A DNA stretch of 64,000 nucleotides, from IMG/VR virus record IMGVR_UViG_3300024258_000005; one strand, written 5' to 3'. Source of the DNA: a virus. The translations under genes were made by a program, and so were the position numbers. Positions 20,709 through 30,166 of this stretch are shown piece after piece. The first letter of the stretch is position 1. Every line of letters begins with the position of its first letter. A model generated the notes under the pieces. It did not search any database and was not told the origin of the DNA. It worked only from the letters and a program-made list of their open reading frames with translations.

Positions 20709-22328
20709 TTATACTAGGCCTAAAGCTGTAGCATAACCTTTAAGACGAATTGTACCAAGTGCTTCATTTCTTACTATACCAATCCAGTTACGAGATTTGA
20801 TGAAAGAACGTTTAACACTATCAGTAGTTTCTGTGATTACATAAAGAGGTTTATGGCTTATTTCAACAATTGAACTCTGAGCTAAACTTTCAGATTTCGG
20901 GATTAAGTGAATTAAATCATTTCCAACAGCATGTGAAGTAATAACTTCTAGCTTAGAGAAAGAGCCTGTTTCACCAGAGAAACCTGTTTCACCTTCAAAA
21001 CCTTCGAATTTTACAGCGAATGATTGCATTGACTTAAGAACAGCAGCAGAATCAATACCAGTAACTAAATACTTGATTTCAAAACGAGTAGCTTTCTTAA
21101 TTGTCTCTTGAAGAGCGATAAGAACAGGAATGATATTTTTGAAGATATCTTGAACTGAAGCTGGTTTAGTATCAGTAGCACCTGAGATAGTTGATAAATC
21201 AATTTCTCTATAGTGACCGTATTCCATAGCAGCAGGAATGTTAGACTCAAGTAAATCAGCGATTTCGAAATCTCTGTTTAGTTTGATTTGGTCTTTTACA
21301 TAAGACTTAAGTTGTGCAATGATATCTAAATTGTAAAGAGATTTCCAATCTTGGATAACTTCTTCAATGTTTTCGATTTCAAAAGAATCTTCAATATCAC
21401 AGTTGATATCAAGTACATCTTGTTTTGGACGAGCTTTAGTTACAGCAAGACCGTTACCAACACCCATAATTCTAAGTTTAGCATCAATAGTAACAGAAGC
21501 TACTGCAGCACCACCCATAGAGATAGCAGACCATGTAATGTCACCAGACTCAAAATTAATTTGACCTTGGATTTTAAATGTAGCTACTTCAGAACCTGGA
21601 GTTGTTACATAAGCATTTGTAGCAGCATCAAAAGCTAATAGTGGGTCAGCAGTTGGATAAAGTTTAATACCTTCAGCTGCAAAGTTACCACGAGCATCGG
21701 CAACCGCAATCATATCGATAGGATAATCAAGTGCACCATCAGTAGCACCAACATCAGCATTAATAACAACGTTAGTAATTTTGAAGTTACGCTTATTAAG
21801 ACGGAACTGAGAATAGTTAGTTGTAGATGTACCTTCGAATAGTTTTCCAAATGCATTACCAGATTGACCAACAGTAATCATTTCATGACCTGTACGAACA
21901 GATTTAGTAGCAGTTGGGAATTCTAATTCAGTTACATTACCTTTATGGTCAATAACTTTAGAGATCCATTTAAGACGTGGAATTGTCATTGTAGGAACTG
22001 CAGATGGGTAAACACTTACAACTTTTGATAATAGAGGATCAGAATAGATATCTACTAGCATTGGGAAAGATGTTACAGCATAAGTAATAGCATCAGGGCT
22101 ACCAAGTAAAGAAGCAGACTCTTCTAAAAGTACTTCACGTTGACGATCAAACATACCTTTAATTCTACGAGACTCAGACTCTTCAAGTCCTTCAAGTAGT
22201 TTATTTGCATATGAATCATAAGTAACTTGATCAGTTACAATTGACATAGCTGATGTAGCTTCTTCGAATAACTCAGAGTTTTCTGTGATATAACAGTTAA
22301 AGTTTTCTAAAATTAGATTTTCGTTCAT
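20709..22328 (-). CDS. Major capsid protein (HK97 fold, T4 gp23-like with acidic propeptide)
   Basis: 539 aa after the protease; E-rich propeptide ending LLEE|S71; EQVIQDWKSLYNLDIIAQL...QIKLNRDFEI-type helix and C-terminal KRSFIKSRNWIG. Confidence 0.85.
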   Translation of the reverse strand: MNENLILENFNCYITENSELFEEATSAMSIVTDQVTYDSYANKLLEGLEESESRRIKGMFDRQREVLLEESASLLGSPDAITYAVTSFPMLVDIYSDPLLSKVVSVYPSAVPTMTIPRLKWISKVIDHKGNVTELEFPTATKSVRTGHEMITVGQSGNAFGKLFEGTSTTNYSQFRLNKRNFKITNVVINADVGATDGALDYPIDMIAVADARGNFAAEGIKLYPTADPLLAFDAATNAYVTTPGSEVATFKIQGQINFESGDITWSAISMGGAAVASVTIDAKLRIMGVGNGLAVTKARPKQDVLDINCDIEDSFEIENIEEVIQDWKSLYNLDIIAQLKSYVKDQIKLNRDFEIADLLESNIPAAMEYGHYREIDLSTISGATDTKPASVQDIFKNIIPVLIALQETIKKATRFEIKYLVTGIDSAAVLKSMQSFAVKFEGFEGETGFSGETGSFSKLEVITSHAVGNDLIHLIPKSESLAQSSIVEISHKPLYVITETTDSVKRSFIKSRNWIGIVRNEALGTIRLKGYATALGLV

Positions 22329-22356
22329 TTTAATTCCTTAGGGTTTTTATATTAAT

Positions 22357-22365
22357 TATTTGTTA
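22357..22365 (-). promoter_or_regulatory. Candidate late promoter TAACAAATA for MCP
   Basis: ~29 nt upstream of ATG 22328. Confidence 0.6.
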
Positions 22366-22405
22366 TATAGCTTTAAAAAAAGCTATAATTTTTTCTCTAA
22401 AATTT

Positions 22406-23200
22406 TTATATTTTAAATGAGAAACTTTTTATTGTATTTTTAGTTAATGATAAATCAATTAAATAATTAATTGATTCTTCAATAGTACCTTCTATACAAC
22501 TACCATCGATAGAACAAGCACATACTTGTTCACCATCTAAATCAAATTGAGCATATCCGTTTCCAGATGACTCCATAATGATTTCCGTAATATCTTTCTT
22601 ATGGTCCGAAAGTTCTTTTACAAGAGCTAACGGATCAGTGCTTTCATTTATGAACTCATAGATAACAGCTGATGAATGACTTGGATTAGAAACAACATCA
22701 AACGTTAATGCTTTTAATCCAACAGGGTTAACCATTGTAACTCCAGTAGGAGATTTAGTGCTAGCACCAAATGCTCTTAATGAGAATCCTATAGTTACCT
22801 TGTCTTTTAGAAGACGATAGAAATCCATACCTGCACTGTTTGTGAGAGTTTCACATTCAGCAGTAATAAATTTACCATCATAATCTAATTTCGTATAAAG
22901 TACACAAGAGTCTTTAAGACTAATGGTACTTGAACGTTTCATTTTTGCAGCTGTATCGCCTTGAGGACTTGGATGATCCATTTCACCTAGTAACTTACGC
23001 TCTGACGCTTTTGGTGCTAATTGATTAACAATAACTTGCAATACTTCATCAGTATATGCTCGACCGTTATTGTTAGTAACACCTTCTTCTTGTAATTTAG
23101 CTTTGAACTTTATTTTTTGTTCTCCGCCAAATGTACTTTCTTCAAGAAGTTCTACATCCATAGAAACATAAGCTGATTCATGAATAATATTAAAATCCAT
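22406..23200 (-). CDS. Prohead maturation protease (T4 gp21-like)
   Basis: NNNGRAY, GEMDHP (His), IGFSLRAFG (Ser), LTFDVVSNPSH motifs. Confidence 0.92.
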   Translation of the reverse strand: MDFNIIHESAYVSMDVELLEESTFGGEQKIKFKAKLQEEGVTNNNGRAYTDEVLQVIVNQLAPKASERKLLGEMDHPSPQGDTAAKMKRSSTISLKDSCVLYTKLDYDGKFITAECETLTNSAGMDFYRLLKDKVTIGFSLRAFGASTKSPTGVTMVNPVGLKALTFDVVSNPSHSSAVIYEFINESTDPLALVKELSDHKKDITEIIMESSGNGYAQFDLDGEQVCACSIDGSCIEGTIEESINYLIDLSLTKNTIKSFSFKI

Positions 23201-23276
23201 ATATTTCTCCTTTGGTTAGATCTGCAGATTTAACTTTGAACAGAATGCAGGGATAATGTCTACATTCTGCTGTATT

Positions 23277-23285
23277 TATTTGTTA
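23277..23285 (-). promoter_or_regulatory. Candidate late promoter TAACAAATA for the protease
   Basis: ~77 nt upstream of ATG 23200; the leader contains a hairpin. Confidence 0.55.
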
Positions 23286-23326
23286 CCTAACAATATTATT
23301 CTAGTTCAAATAATTTAGAAAACTAT

Positions 23327-24595
23327 TTAATCTGTTGAGTTCAGTGGATCGAGTTCTCCACCTAAATATATACCACTAAACGATGGTGTGTATGGAATTA
23401 GGGTGTAAAATTGATTTAAATGGTTTCTTCCTTCTGCTCTAAGAGCATATTTACATTGAACTGTACTACCTCTTTCCATGTAAAATGCGAATCCATCATT
23501 CCATGTAACTGTACTAGTGTCAAAGTCAAAATCAACAACAATGTCACTTTGATCAACATAAAAAGCATTTGAATCAGAAGTATAGTTGTAATAAATGAAT
23601 GCTCTAATTTTTGAACTCCATGAAACAAAATATGAGTTATTTGTGACTAAATATCCAACAGTACAACCAACAAAATAAGCGCTACAGTGATCAATAGTTG
23701 AATGAGTCTTTGGTATATAGTTTTCATATTCACCAATTGTACATGTGTAAAAATTTACTGCCATGTGATCGTTAGCAAATCCTGTGTGATAAAATGACAG
23801 TAACATGTTATCACAATTCCAAAACTCAGCATCTCCATGCATTGCATTAAATTGTATATCCATAACAAGATTATTAACCCCTTCAGCATGGATTGGACAA
23901 AAATTTGTCGAATATCCACAGAAGTCAAAAACACCACTAAAAGAACAAGTTAAATGCATTGATTGTGGAGGAATAGAATTTTTCATAAATATTAATGGAA
24001 TAGCATCATCATTTAATGTATATGTATGTTTACCTATATTAAATGCATTATCTAGTACTTGCATGAAAGTTGTAGGAACAACAAATACATCCGCATTATA
24101 TGCAGTACTCGCTAATTCTGGAGTTTGCATAGTTATAATAACATGTCCAAGATTCATATTAATGATTTGTACTTGTTCAGTTATAACATATCCATTTAAA
24201 ATAGTTACAGTGATTGTAAATGTCGCAGCATCAGTTACAGAGTTACAGTAATCAATACAAGATTGAAGATCTGTATAATCTCCTCCAACGCCAACAGTCA
24301 CATCTATATTCTCTGTTAAAACAACAGCTGCCGGAGCAGGAATATCTGCAATTGCTTCTGTAACGAATGCTATAAGGTCTGTTGCACCTGCTTCAAAATA
24401 TTCTGAAACGAATGCTGTACTTGCTGCTGCTAAAGAATCATCATCAAGAGAAGGAGTAGGCACTAATGGACTACTAGTAAATGTTTTTATCCCAGAGATT
24501 GATTGATCATCCACATTAGTAACACTTTGATTAAAATTATCATCTAGCTCAGCATGAGTTAAGCTTGTCCCTTTTGCTATTCTAGTAGTTACCAT
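23327..24595 (-). CDS. Tailspike/fibre-like protein with probable beta-helix
   Basis: RIAKGTSLTHAELDDNF N-terminal fibre motif, SPLVPTP...AASTAFV repeat, TVGVGGDYTDLQSCIDY beta-helix start. Confidence 0.75.
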   Translation of the reverse strand: MVTTRIAKGTSLTHAELDDNFNQSVTNVDDQSISGIKTFTSSPLVPTPSLDDDSLAAASTAFVSEYFEAGATDLIAFVTEAIADIPAPAAVVLTENIDVTVGVGGDYTDLQSCIDYCNSVTDAATFTITVTILNGYVITEQVQIINMNLGHVIITMQTPELASTAYNADVFVVPTTFMQVLDNAFNIGKHTYTLNDDAIPLIFMKNSIPPQSMHLTCSFSGVFDFCGYSTNFCPIHAEGVNNLVMDIQFNAMHGDAEFWNCDNMLLSFYHTGFANDHMAVNFYTCTIGEYENYIPKTHSTIDHCSAYFVGCTVGYLVTNNSYFVSWSSKIRAFIYYNYTSDSNAFYVDQSDIVVDFDFDTSTVTWNDGFAFYMERGSTVQCKYALRAEGRNHLNQFYTLIPYTPSFSGIYLGGELDPLNSTD

Positions 24596-25151
24596 GTTTC
24601 AACCTTGCATTATGATTTCTTAACATTGATTTAAAATCCATACTAATTGTTTCGCTTCTTTTGATAAATTCAAAAGGCATTAAATTACCAGTAAGAATTT
24701 GCTCACCACAATATGCGCCAAATTTATATGTAGCATCCGCAGGATATTCAGCCATTAGTTGTTCATATACAGCTTTAGGTATTACACTTCCTGTAATGAT
24801 ACTTGTACCAGCATGCGGATATCTTGAAGCATCCATCTCATGATCAGGACAACCACTAAGTTTAGATAACCATATACTACCGGCTTTCTTAGGTTGAACC
24901 AACTTATGAACAATATCTCCACCATTAACTCTTACTACAAATTCAGTCTTAACTAAAGGCAATAGTTCTTTAAAAGCATCTTGATAATTTCCTGAGAATA
25001 CTTCACTTCTGAAATCAGAATTAGTAATATGTTCACTGCTAGCATCATCATAAATTAATATGTTCTCTATAGGTATAAATTTTAATATTGAATCAATTGT
25101 ATCTTGACATTCAACATCTGTTTGAATGATACACGTTGTCTTTGTTAACAT
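24582..25151 (-). CDS. GT-A (family 2-like) glycosyltransferase-like protein
   Basis: TIDSIL...ILIYDDASSE motif; VKTEFVVRVNGGD at the DxD position (degenerate). Confidence 0.55.
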   Translation of the reverse strand: MLTKTTCIIQTDVECQDTIDSILKFIPIENILIYDDASSEHITNSDFRSEVFSGNYQDAFKELLPLVKTEFVVRVNGGDIVHKLVQPKKAGSIWLSKLSGCPDHEMDASRYPHAGTSIITGSVIPKAVYEQLMAEYPADATYKFGAYCGEQILTGNLMPFEFIKRSETISMDFKSMLRNHNARLKHGNY

Positions 25152-25275
25152 TATTAGTTCCTCGGCATCTTTAATTAAGATTTGTTTTTAATTTTTAAAT
25201 TTTTGTCCAATCTTCCGCTAGCATATCGATTTGAGATGCTAGCTATGGGACAATTATATTGTCTACGTTTCATAT

Positions 25276-25491
25276 CTATCTGAGGTTGTCATCATTATTT
25301 CCTTTTAAAATTTGAAATTCAGACCACTGAGTACAAGTATCGTACTCGTCTAAATCGCTCGTATCGTTAGTTAACGTTGATAACTCACCATTAACTAACT
25401 CCAACACAGGTTTTGCTTTCCACGCCATATACTTGAGATATGTAGCGCGATAAATACATTTAGATATAACTACTAAACTATATAAATTCAT
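25276..25491 (-). CDS. Hypothetical protein, ~71 aa (start revised to the Met at 25491)
   Basis: GGAAATAATATG RBS/start removes the overlap with the upstream gene. Confidence 0.5.
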   Translation of the reverse strand: MNLYSLVVISKCIYRATYLKYMAWKAKPVLELVNGELSTLTNDTSDLDEYDTCTQWSEFQILKGNNDDNLR

Positions 25492-25504
25492 ATTATTTCC
25501 ATTT

Positions 25505-26113
25505 TTAAGGATCAGTTGGTTTATTAAAAACAACATGAGCCCCTTCATATTTAACTCTATGTTGAGCATCTGTCAACATTAATTTTGTATCATTAACGTC
25601 AACAGTGTTTCCGTTAATTGCAAATTCAATTGCACTTTGAAGTGTATTTAATTGATCTTGCATCCTAGCAAAATCTAATTCAGATACTGGTGAGCTTGTT
25701 AATGTTCTATCATGGTGTGCCCATACTTCACCAGCACTTACAACATTTAAACTAGAACCTGTATCAATTGCTAATGCATTACCAGTAGTTTCTAAGGATA
25801 AAAGAACAGTACCGGAATCTGCCCCCAAGAATGGATTTAATCCACCAGTAGCAAAAAGATTTCCATCAACATTTAATGTATAATCACCGCTCCATGGTTT
25901 TAATCTCCATCCATTTAATAATTCAATATAAGGAGCAATTGTTTTTGTATTTGAGATATATTCTCCACCAATAGATCTGAATGCTTGAGGGAATGTTAAA
26001 TTTTTATCTAACTGTGACCATCTCTTCCAATCAGAATATAATGTTTGTGCATTAAACTCATAAGAATTGACAGCAATGTAAATTATTAGTTCCGGGCCTG
26101 AAAATGTAAACAT
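25505..26113 (-). CDS. Structural hypothetical protein, paralogous domain family
   Basis: AQTLYSDWKRW...NLTFPQAF...LLNGWRLKP; RBS AAAGGAG. Confidence 0.65.
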   Translation of the reverse strand: MFTFSGPELIIYIAVNSYEFNAQTLYSDWKRWSQLDKNLTFPQAFRSIGGEYISNTKTIAPYIELLNGWRLKPWSGDYTLNVDGNLFATGGLNPFLGADSGTVLLSLETTGNALAIDTGSSLNVVSAGEVWAHHDRTLTSSPVSELDFARMQDQLNTLQSAIEFAINGNTVDVNDTKLMLTDAQHRVKYEGAHVVFNKPTDP

Positions 26114-26152
26114 TGCGTATCTCCTTTATGATGTTGTATTTGCATATTGCTT

Positions 26153-26350
26153 TTACTTATCTATTTGTTTCCTGATGCAATCTTTAACGAACACTTTTTT
26201 ATCGCCCTTGATTTTTAAGAAGCACCAACCGTTTGCTAATAAAAATGCTTCATCTTGTATCTCTTCTGGATCAGAAGGGAGATCAAAAGCATTATCAATA
26301 TTAATTGCTATTTGAGATTGATCTTCCTTCTTTATTTTTTTACGTGCCAT
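26153..26350 (-). CDS. Hypothetical protein, 65 aa
   Basis: RBS AAAGGA; ORF track. Confidence 0.55.
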   Translation of the reverse strand: MARKKIKKEDQSQIAINIDNAFDLPSDPEEIQDEAFLLANGWCFLKIKGDKKVFVKDCIRKQIDK

Positions 26351-26370
26351 ATTTAATCCTTTTTAATTTA

Positions 26371-26883
26371 TTATATATTTCTACCCATCGAATTTTTTCG
26401 AGAGAAACTACCATTCTTCATAAAAGGTAAACTACCTTCTGCGAATCTCCAATCATTTGTAAATGTGAACAATTTTAATCTTTCTGAGTAATCAAATGGT
26501 AAAGATTCTGTCATTAATACACCGGCTAATTTCCATTCATCTTGTAACACATAAAATAATTCTTCATATGTACAAGATGTTTTAACTTGAATTTCTTTTG
26601 TCTTGAAAAATATCTCAAGCGTCTCATTAATTACTAACTTAGGCTTTTTAACTTCAGGAACTGGTGTAACATCCATTAATGTTAAACACCAATCTGGTTC
26701 AACTAATACAAGAATTTTACCATTTTGTGTAATTTTAAAAGTTCCACCTAATACATTAACAGTTGTACCAATAGTATCATCATCTAGTACTAAATCTAAT
26801 TCAATATCTAAAAATGTATTTTTAGTATCACACATAATCTTATAGCGTTTTTTATTTGCAATTTCTTTACTCATCTTACTCAT
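26371..26883 (-). CDS. Hypothetical protein with a C-terminal copy of the paralogous domain
   Basis: TYEELFYVLQDEWK...SLPF...FTFTNDWRF. Confidence 0.6.
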   Translation of the reverse strand: MSKMSKEIANKKRYKIMCDTKNTFLDIELDLVLDDDTIGTTVNVLGGTFKITQNGKILVLVEPDWCLTLMDVTPVPEVKKPKLVINETLEIFFKTKEIQVKTSCTYEELFYVLQDEWKLAGVLMTESLPFDYSERLKLFTFTNDWRFAEGSLPFMKNGSFSRKNSMGRNI

Positions 26884-26901
26884 CTTTATTCCTTAAAATT
26901 T

Positions 26902-28635
26902 TTAATTATTTTTATACCATCTATCAACACGTTGTTGAATAGGTATAGAAGTATCTTCTGCTGGTATTGGCGTCAGGTTTAAAAATATATCATCATAACC
27001 AATTGAAAATATTCTTGCATATCCATTAACACCACCAGCACCATGTATAATAGTATATGTTGAATCTGTAACATTTTCTATACCAGCTACATCTGTAGCT
27101 GTTTGTGGATTAGTTCCTTGATATAAACGAACTTCTGTTCCAACAACTAAGCCTGTAAATGTTAATTGTGATGAAGTTACTACATTAATATTTGGACCGG
27201 TATTAATTAAAAAATTACTACCGTTTGAATTTAATGTTATACTTCCACCACTAGTGTTTGTTATTTCTGCTATATTACAATTTGTGGCATTATATGTACC
27301 TGCTTTTTCAAATTCCATTTTACCATTAACAATTGTAACATCATCGAAGTCAATAACCTCTTCTAATATTAAATGTCCTAGAACTGAAAGTCCATTCGGT
27401 AAAGCTCCTAGTTTAACTCTAACTTGTCCTGTTGTTTTAATTGAATTAAATTTAGTAGTACTTGCTAGTTGTGCTAGAATTTCTTTTTGTACAGTTATTG
27501 AAAAATTTGATGTTACTGTACTTGTATCTGTTGAGGTTGCTCTAACAATAATAAGATGTGAAGTAGCATTAGCATGTATAATATTAGCAGCATCCGCTAC
27601 TGTAACTATACCAGTACTTGTACCAATAGCAAATCTTCCACCGGCATTATCATCTAATGAATATGTTACTGTATCAGCAAAGTTAATATCTTCTGCGAAT
27701 GCAACGATACCTACTGTATCACCATTAACACAAATTTCATTAATTATATTCTCTGAAGCATTGATATCACTTAAAGGACTAATAGGTATAGGGGTATCAT
27801 TTATTACTGCTATATTAATAATTAGTTCAGTAAAAGTTAAATCCGCTGACGTACTTCTTACTGTAATATTATGATTCGTATTAACTGCCCATGATATTAA
27901 AGATGCATTAGCTACTGTTACAACACCAGTAGTAGAATTAATAGTAAATCTTCCACCCGCATTATCTGTTAATGAATAAGTTATTGTTTCAACATCAGGA
28001 TCAACAGCGAATGCTGTTATACCTACAGTTGTACCATTTGGATCAGCATCAGAAATCTGATTAGTTGTTGCATCTGTATCTGAGGTGGGTCCAACATGAG
28101 CATTTCTAGGAGTTAAATTCCAACTAATTGAATCAATACCAAGGTCCATGTGCCATGCTGTACCAGAATCAACGGTAAATCTAATTCTTATTTTAAATGT
28201 TGAATTTGAGTAAGCAGCAAAATCAGTATTTGCCAATTTCCACGTCGCATCACTTCCGGTTAATCCTGGATAACTAAGGACTACTCCCCATGCTGTACCA
28301 TTCCAACCTTCTATATATAAAGAACCGAAACTTCCACTAAATCTATGAGAATAATAAACACTAAAATCTATAAAACTTGTACTTAAATCGATTACCGGTG
28401 ATTCCATTGTATATACATCACCAAATGCACCAGGTGAGGATGCCTCTACATAAACATACCCAGCTGAACTTTGTCCAGTTAGAGGACCAACACCAGTAGA
28501 ACGAGTTTCATTTACGTCAAAACCCCATTTTCTATTTGTAGCTGCTCCTGAGTTTCCGGTTGTACCATCACCATTCGTAAATAGCCACTCTAATGTACTT
28601 GCATCATTAGCAGCATCAAAAGTATATGTAGCCAT
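26902..28635 (-). CDS. Adhesin-like virion protein: MAM domain + two cadherin repeats + C-terminal beta domain
   Basis: GYVYVEASSPG...MESP...WHMDLGIDSI (MAM); two repeats of AFAxDx(n)TxTYSLxDNAGGRFxIxxSTGxVTVA (cadherin). Confidence 0.8.
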   Translation of the reverse strand: MATYTFDAANDASTLEWLFTNGDGTTGNSGAATNRKWGFDVNETRSTGVGPLTGQSSAGYVYVEASSPGAFGDVYTMESPVIDLSTSFIDFSVYYSHRFSGSFGSLYIEGWNGTAWGVVLSYPGLTGSDATWKLANTDFAAYSNSTFKIRIRFTVDSGTAWHMDLGIDSISWNLTPRNAHVGPTSDTDATTNQISDADPNGTTVGITAFAVDPDVETITYSLTDNAGGRFTINSTTGVVTVANASLISWAVNTNHNITVRSTSADLTFTELIINIAVINDTPIPISPLSDINASENIINEICVNGDTVGIVAFAEDINFADTVTYSLDDNAGGRFAIGTSTGIVTVADAANIIHANATSHLIIVRATSTDTSTVTSNFSITVQKEILAQLASTTKFNSIKTTGQVRVKLGALPNGLSVLGHLILEEVIDFDDVTIVNGKMEFEKAGTYNATNCNIAEITNTSGGSITLNSNGSNFLINTGPNINVVTSSQLTFTGLVVGTEVRLYQGTNPQTATDVAGIENVTDSTYTIIHGAGGVNGYARIFSIGYDDIFLNLTPIPAEDTSIPIQQRVDRWYKNN

Positions 28636-30113
28636 TATCTAACCTTTATTGTTATTTTTGTTGTAGTGCAAACATAAGCTGCACCACTAATACCGATATC
28701 TAAATCTAAATCACCTAAATCAAGGATATTACCTTGAGCTTCAATTTGTGGTTTATCCATACTTGGTATTAAAATATTATCTATTTTATTTGACTTAGCT
28801 GAATCGTATAATCTATCAAGTGTATTAACAATTGTATATGCATCAACTAAAGTTCTATTAGGTTCAGTAATTGAAGTATCATACGCACCAATAAATTCTA
28901 AATTTTGTCCACCAACTTCTCTAAGAAGTACCTGTAGTCTATTTCTACTTTGGTATAAATAAGCATACATATAGAAGTCATAAAGGTCAGCATCTGCTCC
29001 ACCTGGACTATAAGAGGTTTTTGTGGGTATAGCAACACCTAAACCACCATCCCATTTTGCTAATAGAATATTACCCATATCATAAATACCAGCTGCTCCT
29101 AATCCACTATAAAGTGTATTATTATTATCAACTGTTCCAACAATAAAGTCATCTATATTATCACCAAGAGAAGTTTTAAAATTTCCACTAACACTTTGTT
29201 CAGCTTTAATTAATTGAATACTATCTGTTTGATCTGGACCAATAGATAAATTACTACCCTTTGACGAATTAAGAAATGTAACTATTCCTGTACTAACATC
29301 TTGTCTGCCTTGGGGTTGAATATCATCAGCTGTATCATTACCAACAATACCTGCATAATCTTCAATAACTAAACTATAACCAACGGGTTGAGAAGTACTA
29401 CCAGAAAAAGCCGCACCTGTAAAAAGGCCGGTATATCCTTTAATTGGATAAAATGGTGTTGCCAATTGACCGAATAAACTTGTATTACTTTTATCATTAT
29501 TAGCCATAACAGTAAAACCATTAATATTAATATCTCTAGTATAAGAATATATTAATTGGTCAAATGTACCATAAGCACCATTTACTGTTCGTGTATCCCA
29601 TATTGCATCATTAAAAACAATAACAGAATCGGTTGCAGATGCATTACTATTACCATCAAAACCAATTCCACCACAAGAAATTAAATTACCATTCCATGTT
29701 AAATTTGCACCAGCTTTGATTAACATGAATGGTCTTGTTGTTGACGCCCATGCATCATTTTTAGCTCTACTTGTACCAAAATCCAAGTTAACATCTTTTT
29801 CTACAACACTAGGGAAATGTTGAGTATTTATATAACTTCCATCAACATTACTTGAATTAAATCCTATAGTTAATGTTCCAGCTACCTCAATATCAATAAC
29901 AGATTGACTTCCTGTACCGATTAATAATTGTTCTTGTATCTTATCTAGACCGTTTATAGTTAATGTACCATTTACTACTAATCTATTACCACCACAATTA
30001 TATACTTTATATGCTCCAAAATCAGTAACTGTCGCGCCATTACCAGATAATCCAGCCAATGAGGTATCAGTACCTGACTGTGTAATAACTGTCCCATTTA
30101 GTAAAAACCCCAT
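28635..30113 (-). CDS. Beta-rich putative structural/adhesin protein, 492 aa
   Basis: G/T/N-rich with an autotransporter-like beta-helix character; coupled to the downstream gene. Confidence 0.55.
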   Translation of the reverse strand: MGFLLNGTVITQSGTDTSLAGLSGNGATVTDFGAYKVYNCGGNRLVVNGTLTINGLDKIQEQLLIGTGSQSVIDIEVAGTLTIGFNSSNVDGSYINTQHFPSVVEKDVNLDFGTSRAKNDAWASTTRPFMLIKAGANLTWNGNLISCGGIGFDGNSNASATDSVIVFNDAIWDTRTVNGAYGTFDQLIYSYTRDININGFTVMANNDKSNTSLFGQLATPFYPIKGYTGLFTGAAFSGSTSQPVGYSLVIEDYAGIVGNDTADDIQPQGRQDVSTGIVTFLNSSKGSNLSIGPDQTDSIQLIKAEQSVSGNFKTSLGDNIDDFIVGTVDNNNTLYSGLGAAGIYDMGNILLAKWDGGLGVAIPTKTSYSPGGADADLYDFYMYAYLYQSRNRLQVLLREVGGQNLEFIGAYDTSITEPNRTLVDAYTIVNTLDRLYDSAKSNKIDNILIPSMDKPQIEAQGNILDLGDLDLDIGISGAAYVCTTTKITIKVR

Positions 30114-30166
30114 ATTATATCCTTGTTAATATTTATAGATGTACCCCTAAAGGTACATACTAAATA

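Noticed and set aside
22366-22388. TATAGCTT...AAGCTATA hairpin as the protease terminator
   Set aside because: Weak AT-rich stem with no U-tract on the coding strand; it abuts the MCP promoter motif, so its function is unclear.
25175-25273. 32-aa minus-strand ORF MKRRQYNCPIASISNRYASGRLDKNLKIKNKS
   Set aside because: No recognisable RBS and it overlaps hairpins that may be a terminator; unsupported.
25492-25569. N-terminal 26 aa of the 97-aa ORF as given in the track
   Set aside because: Overlaps the upstream gene; a better RBS and start lie at 25491.
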